Assembly: GCA_048013815.1 (NCBI GenBank)
Contig: CM106586.1
Location: 16,988,001-17,052,000, forward strand
Reading direction: 5' to 3'
DNA length: 64,000 nucleotides
Source of the DNA: Setoptus koraiensis
Taxonomy: Eukaryota > Animalia > Arthropoda
The position numbers and the translations under genes were made by a program. The notes below the pieces were generated by a model that did no database searches, was not told the origin of the DNA, and saw only the letters and a program-made list of their open reading frames with translations. Numbering within the stretch: the stretch's first letter is position 1; each line of letters opens with the position of its first letter. Positions 27,555 to 39,944 of this stretch are shown in pieces.

Positions 27555-28772
27555 TTATTTTTTTCTATGATAAAAGCCAACTGCGTCTGACACAGACTTG
27601 AAACCGTCCCGTTCTAGCAATAGGGCTAACTCTTGTTTGATCTTGTTGACCACAGGCGGTCCCTCGTACGTCAAAGCAGTGTAAACCTGGACAAGACTTG
27701 CACCAGATTTTATCTTCTCGTAGGCATCCTCCCCAGTAAACACCCCACCAACACCTATGATTGGTATTTTGCCGTTAGTAAGTTTGTAAAAATCACTTAT
27801 CACCCTGGTCGACATATCTTTTAGTGGCTTGCCACTCATACCACCGCTTTCCTTCAACAAAACATTAGCCGATTCTGAATTGGCGCCTATGATATCTAGA
27901 GGTCTAGTAATAGTTGTGTTGGTCAGTATTAGTCCATCAACCCGATAGCTGCCTTTCTTCTTGTTCATCACCAACCGGGCAATGTCTTTCTTCTGTTCAT
28001 TTGTTACATCTGGAGCTATTTTGAGCAATAAAGGTTTGTTAATAGATAACTTCTCTCTTACGGCCAACAAATCATCCAAGAGTTTTTCCAATTTCTCTTT
28101 CTCCTGAGACTGTCTCAAATTTGGCGTATTTGGACTGGATATATTTATGACTATGTAGTCTACTGCTGATAAATCTTTAGTGTCTTCCAATGCATACACA
28201 TAGTCAGTGGAAATATCAGCAGTCGTTTTATTTTTGCCTAAATTCAGTCCCATTATAAGGGGCCTGATTGTTTCTAGTTTTTGGATATTCTCCGTGACAG
28301 TTCTCAATCCCAGACTGTTGAATCCGCATCTGTTAACTACAGCCTGATGATCCAATGCCCGGAAAATTCTCTTTTTTGGATTTCCTGGCTGAGGGCGATT
28401 GGTGACCGTGCCAACTTCGACAAATCCGAGCCCATAATGGTGGAGGTTCTTTGCCGCTTGGCAGTTCTTGTCAAAGCCGGCGGCGATGCCAATGGGGTTT
28501 AGAAAGTTGAGACCAAACACTTGGGTGGCGAGTAGGGACGATTGTTCTTTCGATAGTTTGTCTTGACATCTAATGAGTCCGTATTTTGTCAACGTAATAC
28601 AAGCATCATGGGCCAGTTCTGGATCGATGAATCGTGTCACAAAGGGCATTAGTATTTCGGAGTAGAAGAACTCATCGCCACGATGAGCACAAATGGCGGC
28701 GAATGAACAAACACCGCCCATTGCAACTCCTAGAAGGGACTTGAATTTGTTGATTTTTGGCTTGCAACTCAT
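27555..28772 (-). CDS. DHODH: Dihydroorotate dehydrogenase (quinone), mitochondrial; intronless
   Basis: NPIGIAAGFDK, GFVEVGTVT.RPQPGNPK.RIFR, NRCGFNS, NISSPNTP, LLKIAPD, TNTT, GGMSGKP, IIGVGG and GASLVQVYT. Confidence 0.97.
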   Translation of the reverse strand: MSCKPKINKFKSLLGVAMGGVCSFAAICAHRGDEFFYSEILMPFVTRFIDPELAHDACITLTKYGLIRCQDKLSKEQSSLLATQVFGLNFLNPIGIAAGFDKNCQAAKNLHHYGLGFVEVGTVTNRPQPGNPKKRIFRALDHQAVVNRCGFNSLGLRTVTENIQKLETIRPLIMGLNLGKNKTTADISTDYVYALEDTKDLSAVDYIVINISSPNTPNLRQSQEKEKLEKLLDDLLAVREKLSINKPLLLKIAPDVTNEQKKDIARLVMNKKKGSYRVDGLILTNTTITRPLDIIGANSESANVLLKESGGMSGKPLKDMSTRVISDFYKLTNGKIPIIGVGGVFTGEDAYEKIKSGASLVQVYTALTYEGPPVVNKIKQELALLLERDGFKSVSDAVGFYHRKK

Positions 28773-29192
28773 CGTGATATATCATTACCCTCGACAGATA
28801 ATTATTTGACAGGCCCCTTGTGAGCTCAATTTGTAGCGAAAAAGAATAATCAAATATTTTATACCAAGATTAAATGAAAACAAAATGTCCGTTAGGTTGT
28901 TTGTTGCTGCCACAATATTATTGTGCGTGCAAGGCAAACGTGGACAACATCTGAACAGAACACATGTTTTCTACTGTCACAAGGAATGAATGGAAACGAC
29001 ATGGGGTGGCCGGCCACATACGTGATTGGCGGCTTCCTCGCAAAATTATTACCATATCTAGGGAAAAAAATCTTTCACTAGAGAACATTACACATAACCA
29101 CACGCTAGCCGGCTAGAATTAGATTGTTTTGTTGCAGTGAGGGAGGGAGCGAATTTTTTTAATTAAAATATAAATGTTGCGATTCACTAGTT

Positions 29193-30224
29193 TCATTTGC
29201 TTGAGCCAGCCGGTTCTTCTGAAGTGGTTGAGACGGGAATTGATGGTTTAGTATCTTCTGTTTTGATTGGCGTTTTTATCTTGTTCGAGAATACATAAGC
29301 GTTACCGTCTGATGCGCCCACCACAAAGTCTCCCGAATCTAGATTGATGCACGACCATAGTGTTGTTATGTCAAGTGGGATCTTTTGAATGCAGCCAGTT
29401 TCCTTGTCCCAGATTCTGACTGATTTGTCCTCGCTGACTGTGACAAATCTGAAAGGTCTTTGTTTAGGTGTTTCTTCACCTGTTTTTATGGGTGGTCTCA
29501 CGATACAAATATCAAAGATGAAATTCTCATGCCCTTCGAATGTCTTAAGTATATTACCATCCATTGACCAAAGTATTACTGAGGCATCGTTTGAACAACT
29601 GAGAAATTGTTGACCGTTTATCACTGCCAGACCCCTGACACATTCTTTGTGGCCCTCGAAGGTGCCAAAGTTTTGTCCGTTGTTTACGTCCCATTTTTTG
29701 ATTAATTTATCCGCTCCGCCAGTCAAAACAAAACTCCTGGCCACAAAGGCAACACTCCAAACAGAATAGGTGTGACCTATCAATGTGAAAGTGGGAATTT
29801 TATCTAACCAAATAATCACTGTACTATCCCAGGAGCCGCTGATAAGTACGTCTTTTTCATTACAAATCCTAAAGGCCAATGAACAAACGGGACCGGTGTG
29901 TTTAATCAAGGTGTCTATTGGTGCTGATTCCATGAGGGTGTAGACATATATGTTCATGTCATGACTTCCTACGTATATCTCTATTTGGCCTGATTTAGTG
30001 CGCCCATAGCACACTTTCGATATGAAATGGGTGCTGCCAACGAATTGTTGCGTCTCTACATGATTGCTAGTCGGATCATTGGGGTCCTCCAATTGAAATA
30101 GACGGGCTAAACGATCCCTTGAACCGGTCACAAAACCTCCGCCTGGATATGCTGCTACTGAGCGGACGTCCTCTTTGTGGCCACCCAACACTTGCTTGAT
30201 AAGGAATTCGTCACTGACACTCAT
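29193..30224 (-). CDS. PLAA: WD40-repeat protein resembling the N-terminal propeller of PLAA/Doa1, without PFU and PUL domains
   Basis: GHKEDVRSV, VTGSRDRLARL, ISGSWDSTV, GHKECVRGL, FLSCSND, GHENFIFDI and VTVSEDKSVRIW follow the PLAA WD40 pattern; ORF stops ~340 aa in. Confidence 0.7.
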   Translation of the reverse strand: MSVSDEFLIKQVLGGHKEDVRSVAAYPGGGFVTGSRDRLARLFQLEDPNDPTSNHVETQQFVGSTHFISKVCYGRTKSGQIEIYVGSHDMNIYVYTLMESAPIDTLIKHTGPVCSLAFRICNEKDVLISGSWDSTVIIWLDKIPTFTLIGHTYSVWSVAFVARSFVLTGGADKLIKKWDVNNGQNFGTFEGHKECVRGLAVINGQQFLSCSNDASVILWSMDGNILKTFEGHENFIFDICIVRPPIKTGEETPKQRPFRFVTVSEDKSVRIWDKETGCIQKIPLDITTLWSCINLDSGDFVVGASDGNAYVFSNKIKTPIKTEDTKPSIPVSTTSEEPAGSSK

Positions 30225-33200
30225 GTTGGAATAGTAACAATGTGTCGACAACGTTGAGTAACTGTTGATTGATTGTTGTGGGTTAGATCAGGAAACGATC
30301 CTCAATAATAAGGGTATACAATGCAATGGGCGGCCGAGATTGACAACTCGTGACAGCTTCGACAAAGATGATTATTTCTCTCAATGTGTAGTACAAAAGT
30401 TACACAACACGCTCTACAATAAAATTTATCACAGAGATCATATGCTATTAGCGCGCCAAAATCAAACTGCCAAAAATCAATTTTTCCACTGTGTCAATTA
30501 GGCCCGACGTCATTAACGGGACCTCAAAAAAAAAGAGAAAAAAAATGACCTGAGAAATGGTTATCATCAACAGATTGGTAGCGTCTTATTACGTAACCGT
30601 CTTGTAACCCGTCTTGTCTGAAGCAAATATTGTCGATGACAAGTGACCTATTTGAGCGAACGTTCTAGTTTTTTCAACCCGAACAGCATCGAGGCGCCTT
30701 TTGAATGACAAGTTACACGACAGACGAGCTTAACGTTGATGTCAAAATTGTTTGCCGAATGAACTCTAATCGAAATTAGAGCACCGATGTTATCACAAGT
30801 TAAAGCACTGTCAAGAGCGGTGCTTATCCATTTGATGGTGACGACTTTCATTGTTGGCAATTCGCGTGCAACTCTAATCTCTACAGCAGCCATTGCCGAG
30901 CGCTATTCACTATTTCTATTGCAACTTACAAACTTTTTTTCAACGTACACTCATGTTTACATACATTTTGCACACTTGATTCAATTTGTAACCGGATACA
31001 GTCTTTGTACACTGGCTAAATGTGTCTGAATCTCGTATCAATTTGTTCTCAGTTTGCAGTCAGAAGTCATGACATATACATTAGCCAAATATGACGTCTA
31101 TGTCATGTTTGCGAACATCATGCAGGCGTACTTCATTTAGAGCTTGTCATGACATGTAGCTCAAAGTGTGATATGAACAATGGAGTGTTTTATAACATAT
31201 GCTTCATGAGATCATTTTAGTTGGCGAGCTGAGTGAAAAATGATGAAAACTTTGGAAGAATCATCGTCACTCTATGATTCACAGAGTGTAATTCTTAGAG
31301 AAAACTGCTAAAGTGTACTGTTTAATTGAGCAGAACTCAGAGTAGTATATAGACTCTCTATATTTCAAAAGAATTCAGAAGAAAATCACGCAATGCAGCG
31401 AGTAGAAAAACTATAATGCGATGTGCTGCAGTCAGGGATGTGATTAATGGACTTTGGCATCAGCTTCTTGAGAACTTATCAGACGACTAGAGGGTGCATT
31501 TTCACGAGCATTGAAGTTTTGATTCGATCAGTTTAACGACAATATTGTATCATCAATGATGAAGTAGCACGAGAAATTTGCATTTTTTTTTTTCATGTGA
31601 TTAGATTGAATTCATTAACTAGCCAACTTGAAGCAGTTAGCGCCCGTTAAATTGTTTAGTTCTCGACTTCATTGAGACGGGCGCTAATAGGCATAGCATC
31701 ACCTGATCAATCTTCATCCTTGGATGGCTCCTGGAGAAACTGCAGCCCATTCAATCTAATGTATGCGCCTTGAATTCTACATTGCCCAATGACTGAAGAG
31801 AATACCTCTCGACTTGTTCGCTCGTTGTTGCAGGAACGTCTAGATTTAACGATTCATGCTAGATCTAATTAATTTGTTTAGTCAATGAGTCTCGCACAAT
31901 ACCACTCGGCTGAGTTTTGTATTATACAATAAACCATTCGAGTTCATACTCTGCTGCTCAGATTATTTTGGCATCGTGTATGAGGATCGCCGCCTAGCTG
32001 GTGCTCGGTATCAAAAACTTTCGAAATGTTTTCTTGTTTTGCACTTACTGCTTTTATTGATGCTTCACCGGCCCCGTCTAGAGAGGTATTTCGTTCGGAG
32101 AGGATCGCACTAGATATCTGATGTAGAATGTCTGATAAATTAGCAGATGAACGTCCATTAGAAGCTGCAATATTTGGTGTTGCTTGATTAGTAATCCTTG
32201 TAAGGCATCAATCATTAAAAGAAAAACACCATGTCTGCCATAAATTGACTTGACATGAAGACATGACTTAGTTGACTCCATCGAATATTCGTCATATCAC
32301 ATCCTTGCTGAGGCACTGACGTGAGCAGACTAACTATTGTGTGGGTTAGTCAACTAGTAACCTCGTATAATTGAGCATTGTAATCAGCTAATTGTATTTA
32401 ATAAACTGATTTCATCCTTAGTCATCACAAACAATGACATGAGTGGATATGACCGGCATAACTTAGTTCTTCAAACTTATCTGACAATATGGCCTATGTG
32501 ACAAACATTGCTCCACAATTACAACACAATTAGAGAGCCCGCTTAAAACGCCTCTGCAATTTAACTCGAGAAAAGGTCAATGTTCTTTCAATGAACAGGT
32601 GCCAATGGTCTTGTTGTTTATAGTTTCGCCATAAAGATAAAGACTATGGAAACTTTTCGGCGATGCTGTTCGGTAGTAGTAATGAGACATACCTATTTTT
32701 AACACAAAAACGAGTTATGTGTTTAACAAGATATGACAACACTGATGCGGCATAGTATTGAACTAGAACTAGTAATATTGGTGACTATCAGTTTACAGAA
32801 TGATAATAAATAAGGCATGACAGAATTAAGAATATGTGTGGTCATGTTGCTTGGAAAAAAAACTTGTTCTTTTGATTTCGTTGTTGCATCCACCTCCAAG
32901 GAGCAACATGCTTCACTTGTGACACTGTTTTTTTCTCTGGTTATTTGTGCGTTTTGCGACACTCTAATCCAGCCAAATAAAGATAAATCTAATATTCGCT
33001 TTCTCTCTGTACCTCTGGAAAGATCTTACTAATGAAACATAAATCTTCAGCTAGCCCATCCAATGTCTGCCCTTGATGTAGAAATAGATTCTATTTTTCA
33101 TGTTTTAATTGTGTTCAAGTGTCATCAACCTTTCTTCGTGACGAGTCACTTGAATTGCTATTACATTATCGGTTGACCATTCAACTCTTGTTCAACAATG

Positions 33201-33983
33201 CTAGCAAATGTAACGGTAACAACTGATACTACCCACTGGCCATAATAATTACATTACTTTCTTTATTGCCACAAACAGTTGTTAATTAAAAGCCGTTCAA
33301 AGAAAACGAAGAAGATGCCAGAAAGTTTAGTCTAGTGGTCAGTGATACCACATGAACATACTGCGTCATGTGGTTAGCTGATTTATGGTGCAATGATGAT
33401 CCCACAGGACAGCCAACACCGGCAACAGCGCTTTCTAGATGGTCAGTGAGCGAGCGCAAGCAATCGCTGAATTAATTTCCATGTTAATGTAATCAATTTA
33501 TCTATGATAGGGTCACTAAAAGTCAATCCGACTGAGATTCAGGGAAAGTTAACACGGTTTATCGCTGGATAGGGTTGAGCCAGGTCTATTTGGAAGCGAG
33601 AAAGAAGAACATCCTCCTCTGACGAGTCTTCAAAACTTTCTCCAAACGAAAATCTCTCTAATCTACCATTGCTAATCCACCAACTTAAGTAAATATAACG
33701 ATCAGTTGAGGTCTGTCCTATTAGAGAGAGAGAGAGTTTAGTGGCGAGTTTGAGATATTTTGTTCGAGTGTAGACGAGTGACAATCTTGGTTTAGTTTCC
33801 CATTGTTTCTTTGGTCTTCGCGCCGAATCATTAGTTAGGTGTGTGTCATGGAGAATCGTCAACAAGAGGTTAAATAAAATGTTAAATCTAATAAAAAAGT
33901 AACACAAAAGTTTCATAAGTGATAATAGAAGAAATAGTAATAATAAAATCGACAAACATCTCCATCAACAATACTCATACATC

Positions 33984-36900
33984 ATGTCCCGCTTACAACG
34001 AATACAATATCTATTATCGGTTGTGATATTTGCAACAAGTTTAGTTGCAATCAAATCAATTTTGGGCGAATTCGCACCCACAACGGTCAAGTTGAGCGGC
34101 GGTGCCAAAACGGCCGAATCATCAAAACAATCAGGCGCAAACAGTGAGATCTCACCTTATCGACCTAAACAACAATATATTGAGCATGGCGCTTATGCTG
34201 ATGCAATACAAAATCAATGGAGCAATAGTCAGATGTTTAAGTATGGACGACATCCTGACATGATTGCCGCCAACTCAAATGCTGGCGAAACAGAGATAGA
34301 GGCCCCGAGAAGAAAGGATTCAGGATCCACAAATGGTGGTGGCCAGGCTCAAGGCGGTAGACAAGCCGGATTGAGGTCGCTGTTTGAGCTTATTTCTAGC
34401 GGTGCAGGCAGAAATAATGACGACAACGATGATCAAATGTCGGACGACGAAGCTTTATATCTCGGTGATAGATCTCAGCTAGAGGAAAATTTGAGAAATT
34501 ATCAGCTACACAGTCCGAAAATGGAAAAGTTTCAGCCAATTAGAAGCGGCTACGACGAACGAGCCTCGTACGAACATCAGCAACGTTATCAAGCGCAGCA
34601 AGAACAAAACAGCCAGCAACAAATCAAGAATGTCGGCCCAGAGGAGCCGGTTGAGCCCAGCAAGCGGTATCCTGTTGCAACTAAAGAAATGAGATCTCCG
34701 TCCAAAGAAAAGATAAGAGACGAAACAGAACAGATCGACGAACAGCATTCCTCGGCCTCTGACACTGGCTATTTGAGAGACAGTGATAGAGGTCGGTTGT
34801 TCGAGCAGCAACAACAATCTCAACGAGAGAGCGCAAAGCAGCCAGAGAGAGCGTTTGTGCAACCCGTTAACGCCAATGTCACATCGTCATTGTCTGACGG
34901 ACCCTTTTCCCCGCAAACAGCAGAGGAAATGAGAGAGGCCCCTCCGAGATTTAGCGGTGGCGATACTTTTGGCAACAGAAAACTCTCTTATGGGCTCACG
35001 AAAACGGATCTGGCCATAGAGTATCTGAGGAGCATTCTCAAAAATAGACAGAGTCTGCTCAGGGCGGCCACCGCAAAGTTTGACAACCAAGGTAACCAAG
35101 TGTCTGGCGCGGAATTGTCGCCAAAGTCAAACTCAACCGATAGCCAGTCGCCAAGAGAGCACAGTTATGCCTCGAACAACTTTACGACGAGCGCCAGGAA
35201 CAAGCACGAAACAGGTAAGACAAACCCGATTGATTCTAGCAGAATAACATCCTTTGAGAGAGCGACATGGTAATTCTTTTTCTTTTGCTGTCTGCATGTC
35301 AGTCAAAGAGGCCCCAGCGGTTTCATCTGGCTACCAGGACAAATTTGAGTTTCCAGTGCTGGAGGCCGGCAAGGAAAAAGCTAAATCCCACACCTATCAA
35401 GAGTCGCAAGCCGACAGCTACGAGAAACATCTGTTGTTGCAACAGAACATCGATGAATACAGACGAAAAGTGGCGGCCAACAATCAATTTGTTCCCATAC
35501 AAACAATGGCTAGCATGGAGGAAAAGTTCAACGAGCAACAAGTGCAAAAATCACAGCAGCACGCCAGTATAGATAGAGAACCAATTTATCAATATCCGCA
35601 GGCGAACAACGCGCCAGCGGAAAACGTCACCGCGCACCCTGTTCGTCCGTCGCCGCCGCCCGTTAATTTTTTGCCCGCTTCCGACAACCAAAGCGAAAGT
35701 CTGAGCAAAGATTCAGTTGAAAAGTTGCACCAGAATTCGGGCTTTCCCCATCTGAGTCACGGCACTCCGCTCGGGGGCGATTATGTTGAGAGTTTGGACG
35801 AGGCACCGCGCGGTCTCAGGTCCATCATGCAACAGACGCAAGAGCTGGCGAAGAGCAACAGAAGCGATTACGGCATCGCAGACATCGGTCACAGTGGCCA
35901 GCAAGCGAACGAAATGAAATCCGCGATACACAGTCTGGGAGACATCTTGTTCACGTCGACAGAGCCTCGAGTAGAGTCCAAAATACCCATTCCGAACGAG
36001 TACAAGAACGAGCTTGTGGCACCGCCGCAAACATTGTTCAGAACAATGAACGATCCTCGGGCTGGCCCGATATCAGATTCCTCGCCGTCGGCTGGTCAGC
36101 GCCCATACGCTGACCAGCCTGACAGTGGCGCAAGTTTGTCAAAACAATCTCAAACTGTGCAACTCGAATCCTCGTCACCGGATTCCGGAAATGTGGCCAA
36201 GGTGGCTGCGAGCGATAAAAACGTTCAGTCATCTAACGTCCAGTCCAATGGCACAACCAAGGCCGCCGAAAATGGCCAATTGGTGGCAGCGTCGCCTAAA
36301 CGACCACAAGACGCTGTTCACTCGGTGCGCTTGAACACTGACGCCCTGATCAAGCAAATTAAGTCAGATCAAAACAACTCTTACCATGCAAATACTGGCT
36401 CATTTGTGGGCCAGGGCGAACCATTGGAGCCCAAGGAGACCAAGGCAAATTTCAACTTTTTCGCCGAGCCCGCTCACGATTCCGAAGCGGACATGTACGG
36501 GCCCGACATAAAACTGTCAAACACCCTGTATGGTTTGCATGGCGCCGAGCAGTCTCTCACCGACCAAGAGGTCGAGGCGATCCGTCAGCAGTTGTTCTTG
36601 CAGCAGCATCAGCAGCAGCAGCAGCCTAAGGGGGCGCTCGGAGCTGGTGCCAATGAATACTTCCAAGATAATCTATCAAATGTTGGTGTGAATGCGCCCG
36701 TCAATCAATACAATCCCTATAGTGTTGATGCAGGCATGCCTATTAGAGACAACGAATATATGGTAACGACTCCTCAAGACGACACTAGTGGCGAAAAAAA
36801 ATACTACTCCATGCCGGACACCGAAATCGGCCATCATTATCAGCAAGCACCCGGGTTACAGTTTGGGCAGGCCGGCAAATACGGCGCTCAGTCAAATGTT

Positions 36901-37977
36901 GCCAACAATCAAGATGGCAACTTCAAAGAGATTATCTACAACAGTAACAACAACAACGCCAGACCAATTAATTTACCTCATGCGAATGTTTTCTCTCACC
37001 AGGAACAACTCGAGCACCAAGACTTCGCGCAGGCATTATCGGGTATAATTAATGATCACAACAAAGCGGCCGGTTACAATTTGGCGCCCATCAAGGCCTC
37101 TCAGCATGAGGTGCCGCTCATTAGAGGCGACTATGGTGGCGCAAACAGACACGAATACGGCGAGCAGCAGCAAAACAACAACGGGCCGCCACAGCAGCAC
37201 TCAAATCAAAAGCCAATTTATTCCGGCCAGCAAGACAGCAGAAATAGTGGCTATAATCAAGACGACATGAGAGTTATGGACAGTTTCATGAGCAATGTCA
37301 GAAGCGAGAATATCATGGATGGCAGCGCGCTGGACATTGGCCAGGCTCAGCCACAAGTGCTCATAGAGAGCCTGGCAAACGGGGCCCAGCGAGAGTTGCT
37401 TACCGGCAAAGAGGCCGGCGTGTCGTTGTTCCAGTCGCCCTCGTCGCTGTCTGCCACAGATTTGCAGAAAGCATTGGAGGAGATTGAGAAGACAACGAAC
37501 ACAAAACAAAAGTATAGCGACAACAACAGTTTTAGTCTAATGAGCTCGCCGTTGATTAAGCCGAAAAAGAACGACACTGTGTCTTCGAAGAAGCACCAAT
37601 TTACGAACGGAGCGGCAGCGACGCCAGCAGCAGAGGACGACAGCAAAAAGAAGAGTCTGATTGTGTATCTGAACCATCCTCGCCTCAACGACATTGTGCC
37701 ACCGTCGTCGGCCGCAAACAAGCAACAATCAACCAATAGCGACGGCTACAGTCTGGCGCAAACAATTGGCGTCGACGACATGCCCGACCTAACCAAACTG
37801 GGCTCTGGCTCGGCTGACAGCTTTTTCGCCGGCGACGCCAGTGCCAACAAAACGGACACTGACGGTTTGTCCGTGGTTGTGGTGGGCGACGCACACAAGT
37901 ACAAAAAAATCGTTCTGCTCATCAGCTCCAAATCGGGCGGCCTCAAATTTTTGCCCATGATCAAAGAGATGTCGTAG
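33984..37977 (+). CDS. Large (~1300 aa) secreted low-complexity Q/S/N-rich protein of unknown function; exons 33984-35214 and 35303-37977
   Basis: Two long overlapping ORFs joined in phase by G|GTAAGA...CAG|TC; N-terminal hydrophobic signal-like segment; no domain recognised. Confidence 0.8.
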
Positions 37978-38858
37978 ATGCGGCCCGAAGCGATGGTGCT
38001 TAGATAAGCGTAATTGTAATTGAGTAATCGCTTTGTGATATATGTATAAATATGTAATAAACACTATGGAAACACCAACGAGATTATCGGATCTAGATTG
38101 TGCGTTATGCAAGCTACGTGCGATAAAATTATGTTTGGGGTGGCGCGAGCCAACTCACGCCAACACTAACTGTTAGTGACTAGCAGCTGGCCGACACGTC
38201 CAGACTAGATGAACCGCTGATAGTGCACGGCTAGGAGTGCTCGAGTGGAGCCCCATTGGGGACCGAGTTGGCCAATGGTTTGTCGCGCTGATGGTTTGTC
38301 GCGCCGAGTTGACGCAACAGAGAAATGGTGCGCGTTGTGTAAAAAACACACAAACAAGATGATGATTAAAATCGCTCGAAACTGGCCACAGTTTGTCAGA
38401 AATGGCGTGATTTTGTGCGCTCGGTGCCACAATCCATTTGTTGTGTCAGTGTTGCACGCCTATAATTGTGGCGAGGTCATGGTGCGGCAACTCGCGGGCA
38501 ACTAAGACAAACAAAGGGCTCGCAATTGGCCCCTTTCACACGGATGATAGAGACACATGCGTTTGCAGTGGACCAAAACCAATAATAACAACATTGGGCG
38601 CTCGTGTTTGCCAAGAGAGGTCAAAGAGTTGTGCCCAGGTACTTGGCTCGGCGTGCGTCGAGTGCCGCGATAGACGGGCAACAAAAGTGAAAGTTTTCCT
38701 CGGACCCGGTTCGTGTTGTGTATTCAACGCTGACACGGCTCGCCCAAAGACGCTCGAGTGCGACTTATGATGCGGTGGAGTTGTTATTATTATTGTTATT
38801 GTAGCCCCGGCGCGTATTGTTTGCCCAAACATTGGGCCGTCGGAATTGACTCGAGCAC

Positions 38859-38902
38859 CGGAGCCCGGCAGCCCGAGCGCCGGAGCCGAGCAGCCCGAGC
38901 GC
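38859..38902. repeat. 22-bp GC-rich tandem dimer
   Basis: cggagcccggcagcccgagcgc followed by cggagccgagcagcccgagcgc. Confidence 0.85.
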
Positions 38903-39882
38903 CAGAGTTTGCCCGCTCGAACCTGTCTCAGGCCGTGCGAACAGCGCGCCCCATCAAAGAATTCGCGATAAATGGCCGCTCGCGCGTCGGCGCTATGATC
39001 TGGCTGACGGGTGGCGCGGCAACAATCTCGCCGATGAGTTTCAATCGTTCCGAGCCATTGATGAATTAGTGCGCCGCAGCATCGCCGCCGGATCGGTCTA
39101 GCCAAGCGCCCCAAACATGGCGCATAGCACACACTGGCATAGCTGGCGGCAATCACATACTGCACACATTTTGCGTATGTATACATGTGAGTGAGCGGGC
39201 TCGCGAAGGCTTCTTGCCTCCACTTGTCATCTGTCGCTTCTCACATTGTTTGACGTGTCTAGCAACTTGCAAATTTATCCGATGCATTATTTTGCAGCTC
39301 CACACATTCACTGTATCACGGCAGTGTGTGTGTGTGTGTGCCGTATTGTTGTCGTGCCATAAAAAGCGCGAGAAAAAACTCTGCTGGCAACTGTGGCAGC
39401 TCGCAAATGCACATGGCTTCGTCGCGCTGGCCAGCAGCAGTTCTTTTTAAGTGGCGCATGTGTTTTCCATTTTACATGACACAACAACGATCATCGTCGC
39501 CATCCAGCAGCAATCGCGGCTCGCACACTCGCTGCCAGTGGCGCTGCTGGTAATGGCTCGTTTGGCAGCCTCTGTCGCTGGCTGTTTGTTGGTTGTTTGT
39601 CGGTTGTTGTCGTTGTTGTCGGTTGTTGTTGTTGTCAGCGTTGGTGTTTGCTGGTGTTGGTGTCGTGGTTGCGAGCGAGCGAGCAAACAGATCGGCTGGT
39701 TGCGAAGTTCCGAACACAACCACACATAGCGCAACTCCACTGTGTGACACACAGTGGAGGCAACAACAGCAGCAACAATTCGTTAGAACTGGCATATACG
39801 CACACTGGTGCTGGGCCAGCGCAGCGAAGGGGCGCATAGCGCATGGGACTTTGGGCGAACAGTGGTGCTTGTGTAGATCTGG

Positions 39883-39944
39883 CCCCAGCGCTCGCTCCGC
39901 AACCCGACGCCCCAGCGCTCGCCCCGCAACCCGACGCCCCAGCG
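39883..39944. repeat. 27-bp GC-rich tandem repeat, ~2.3 copies
   Basis: ccccagcgctcgc(t/c)ccgcaacccgacg repeated. Confidence 0.9.

Noticed and set aside
31207-31230. TGAGATCATTTT matches the first 12 nt of bantam miRNA
   Set aside because: The rest of the mature sequence does not match and I could not find a complementary arm for a hairpin; consistent with chance.
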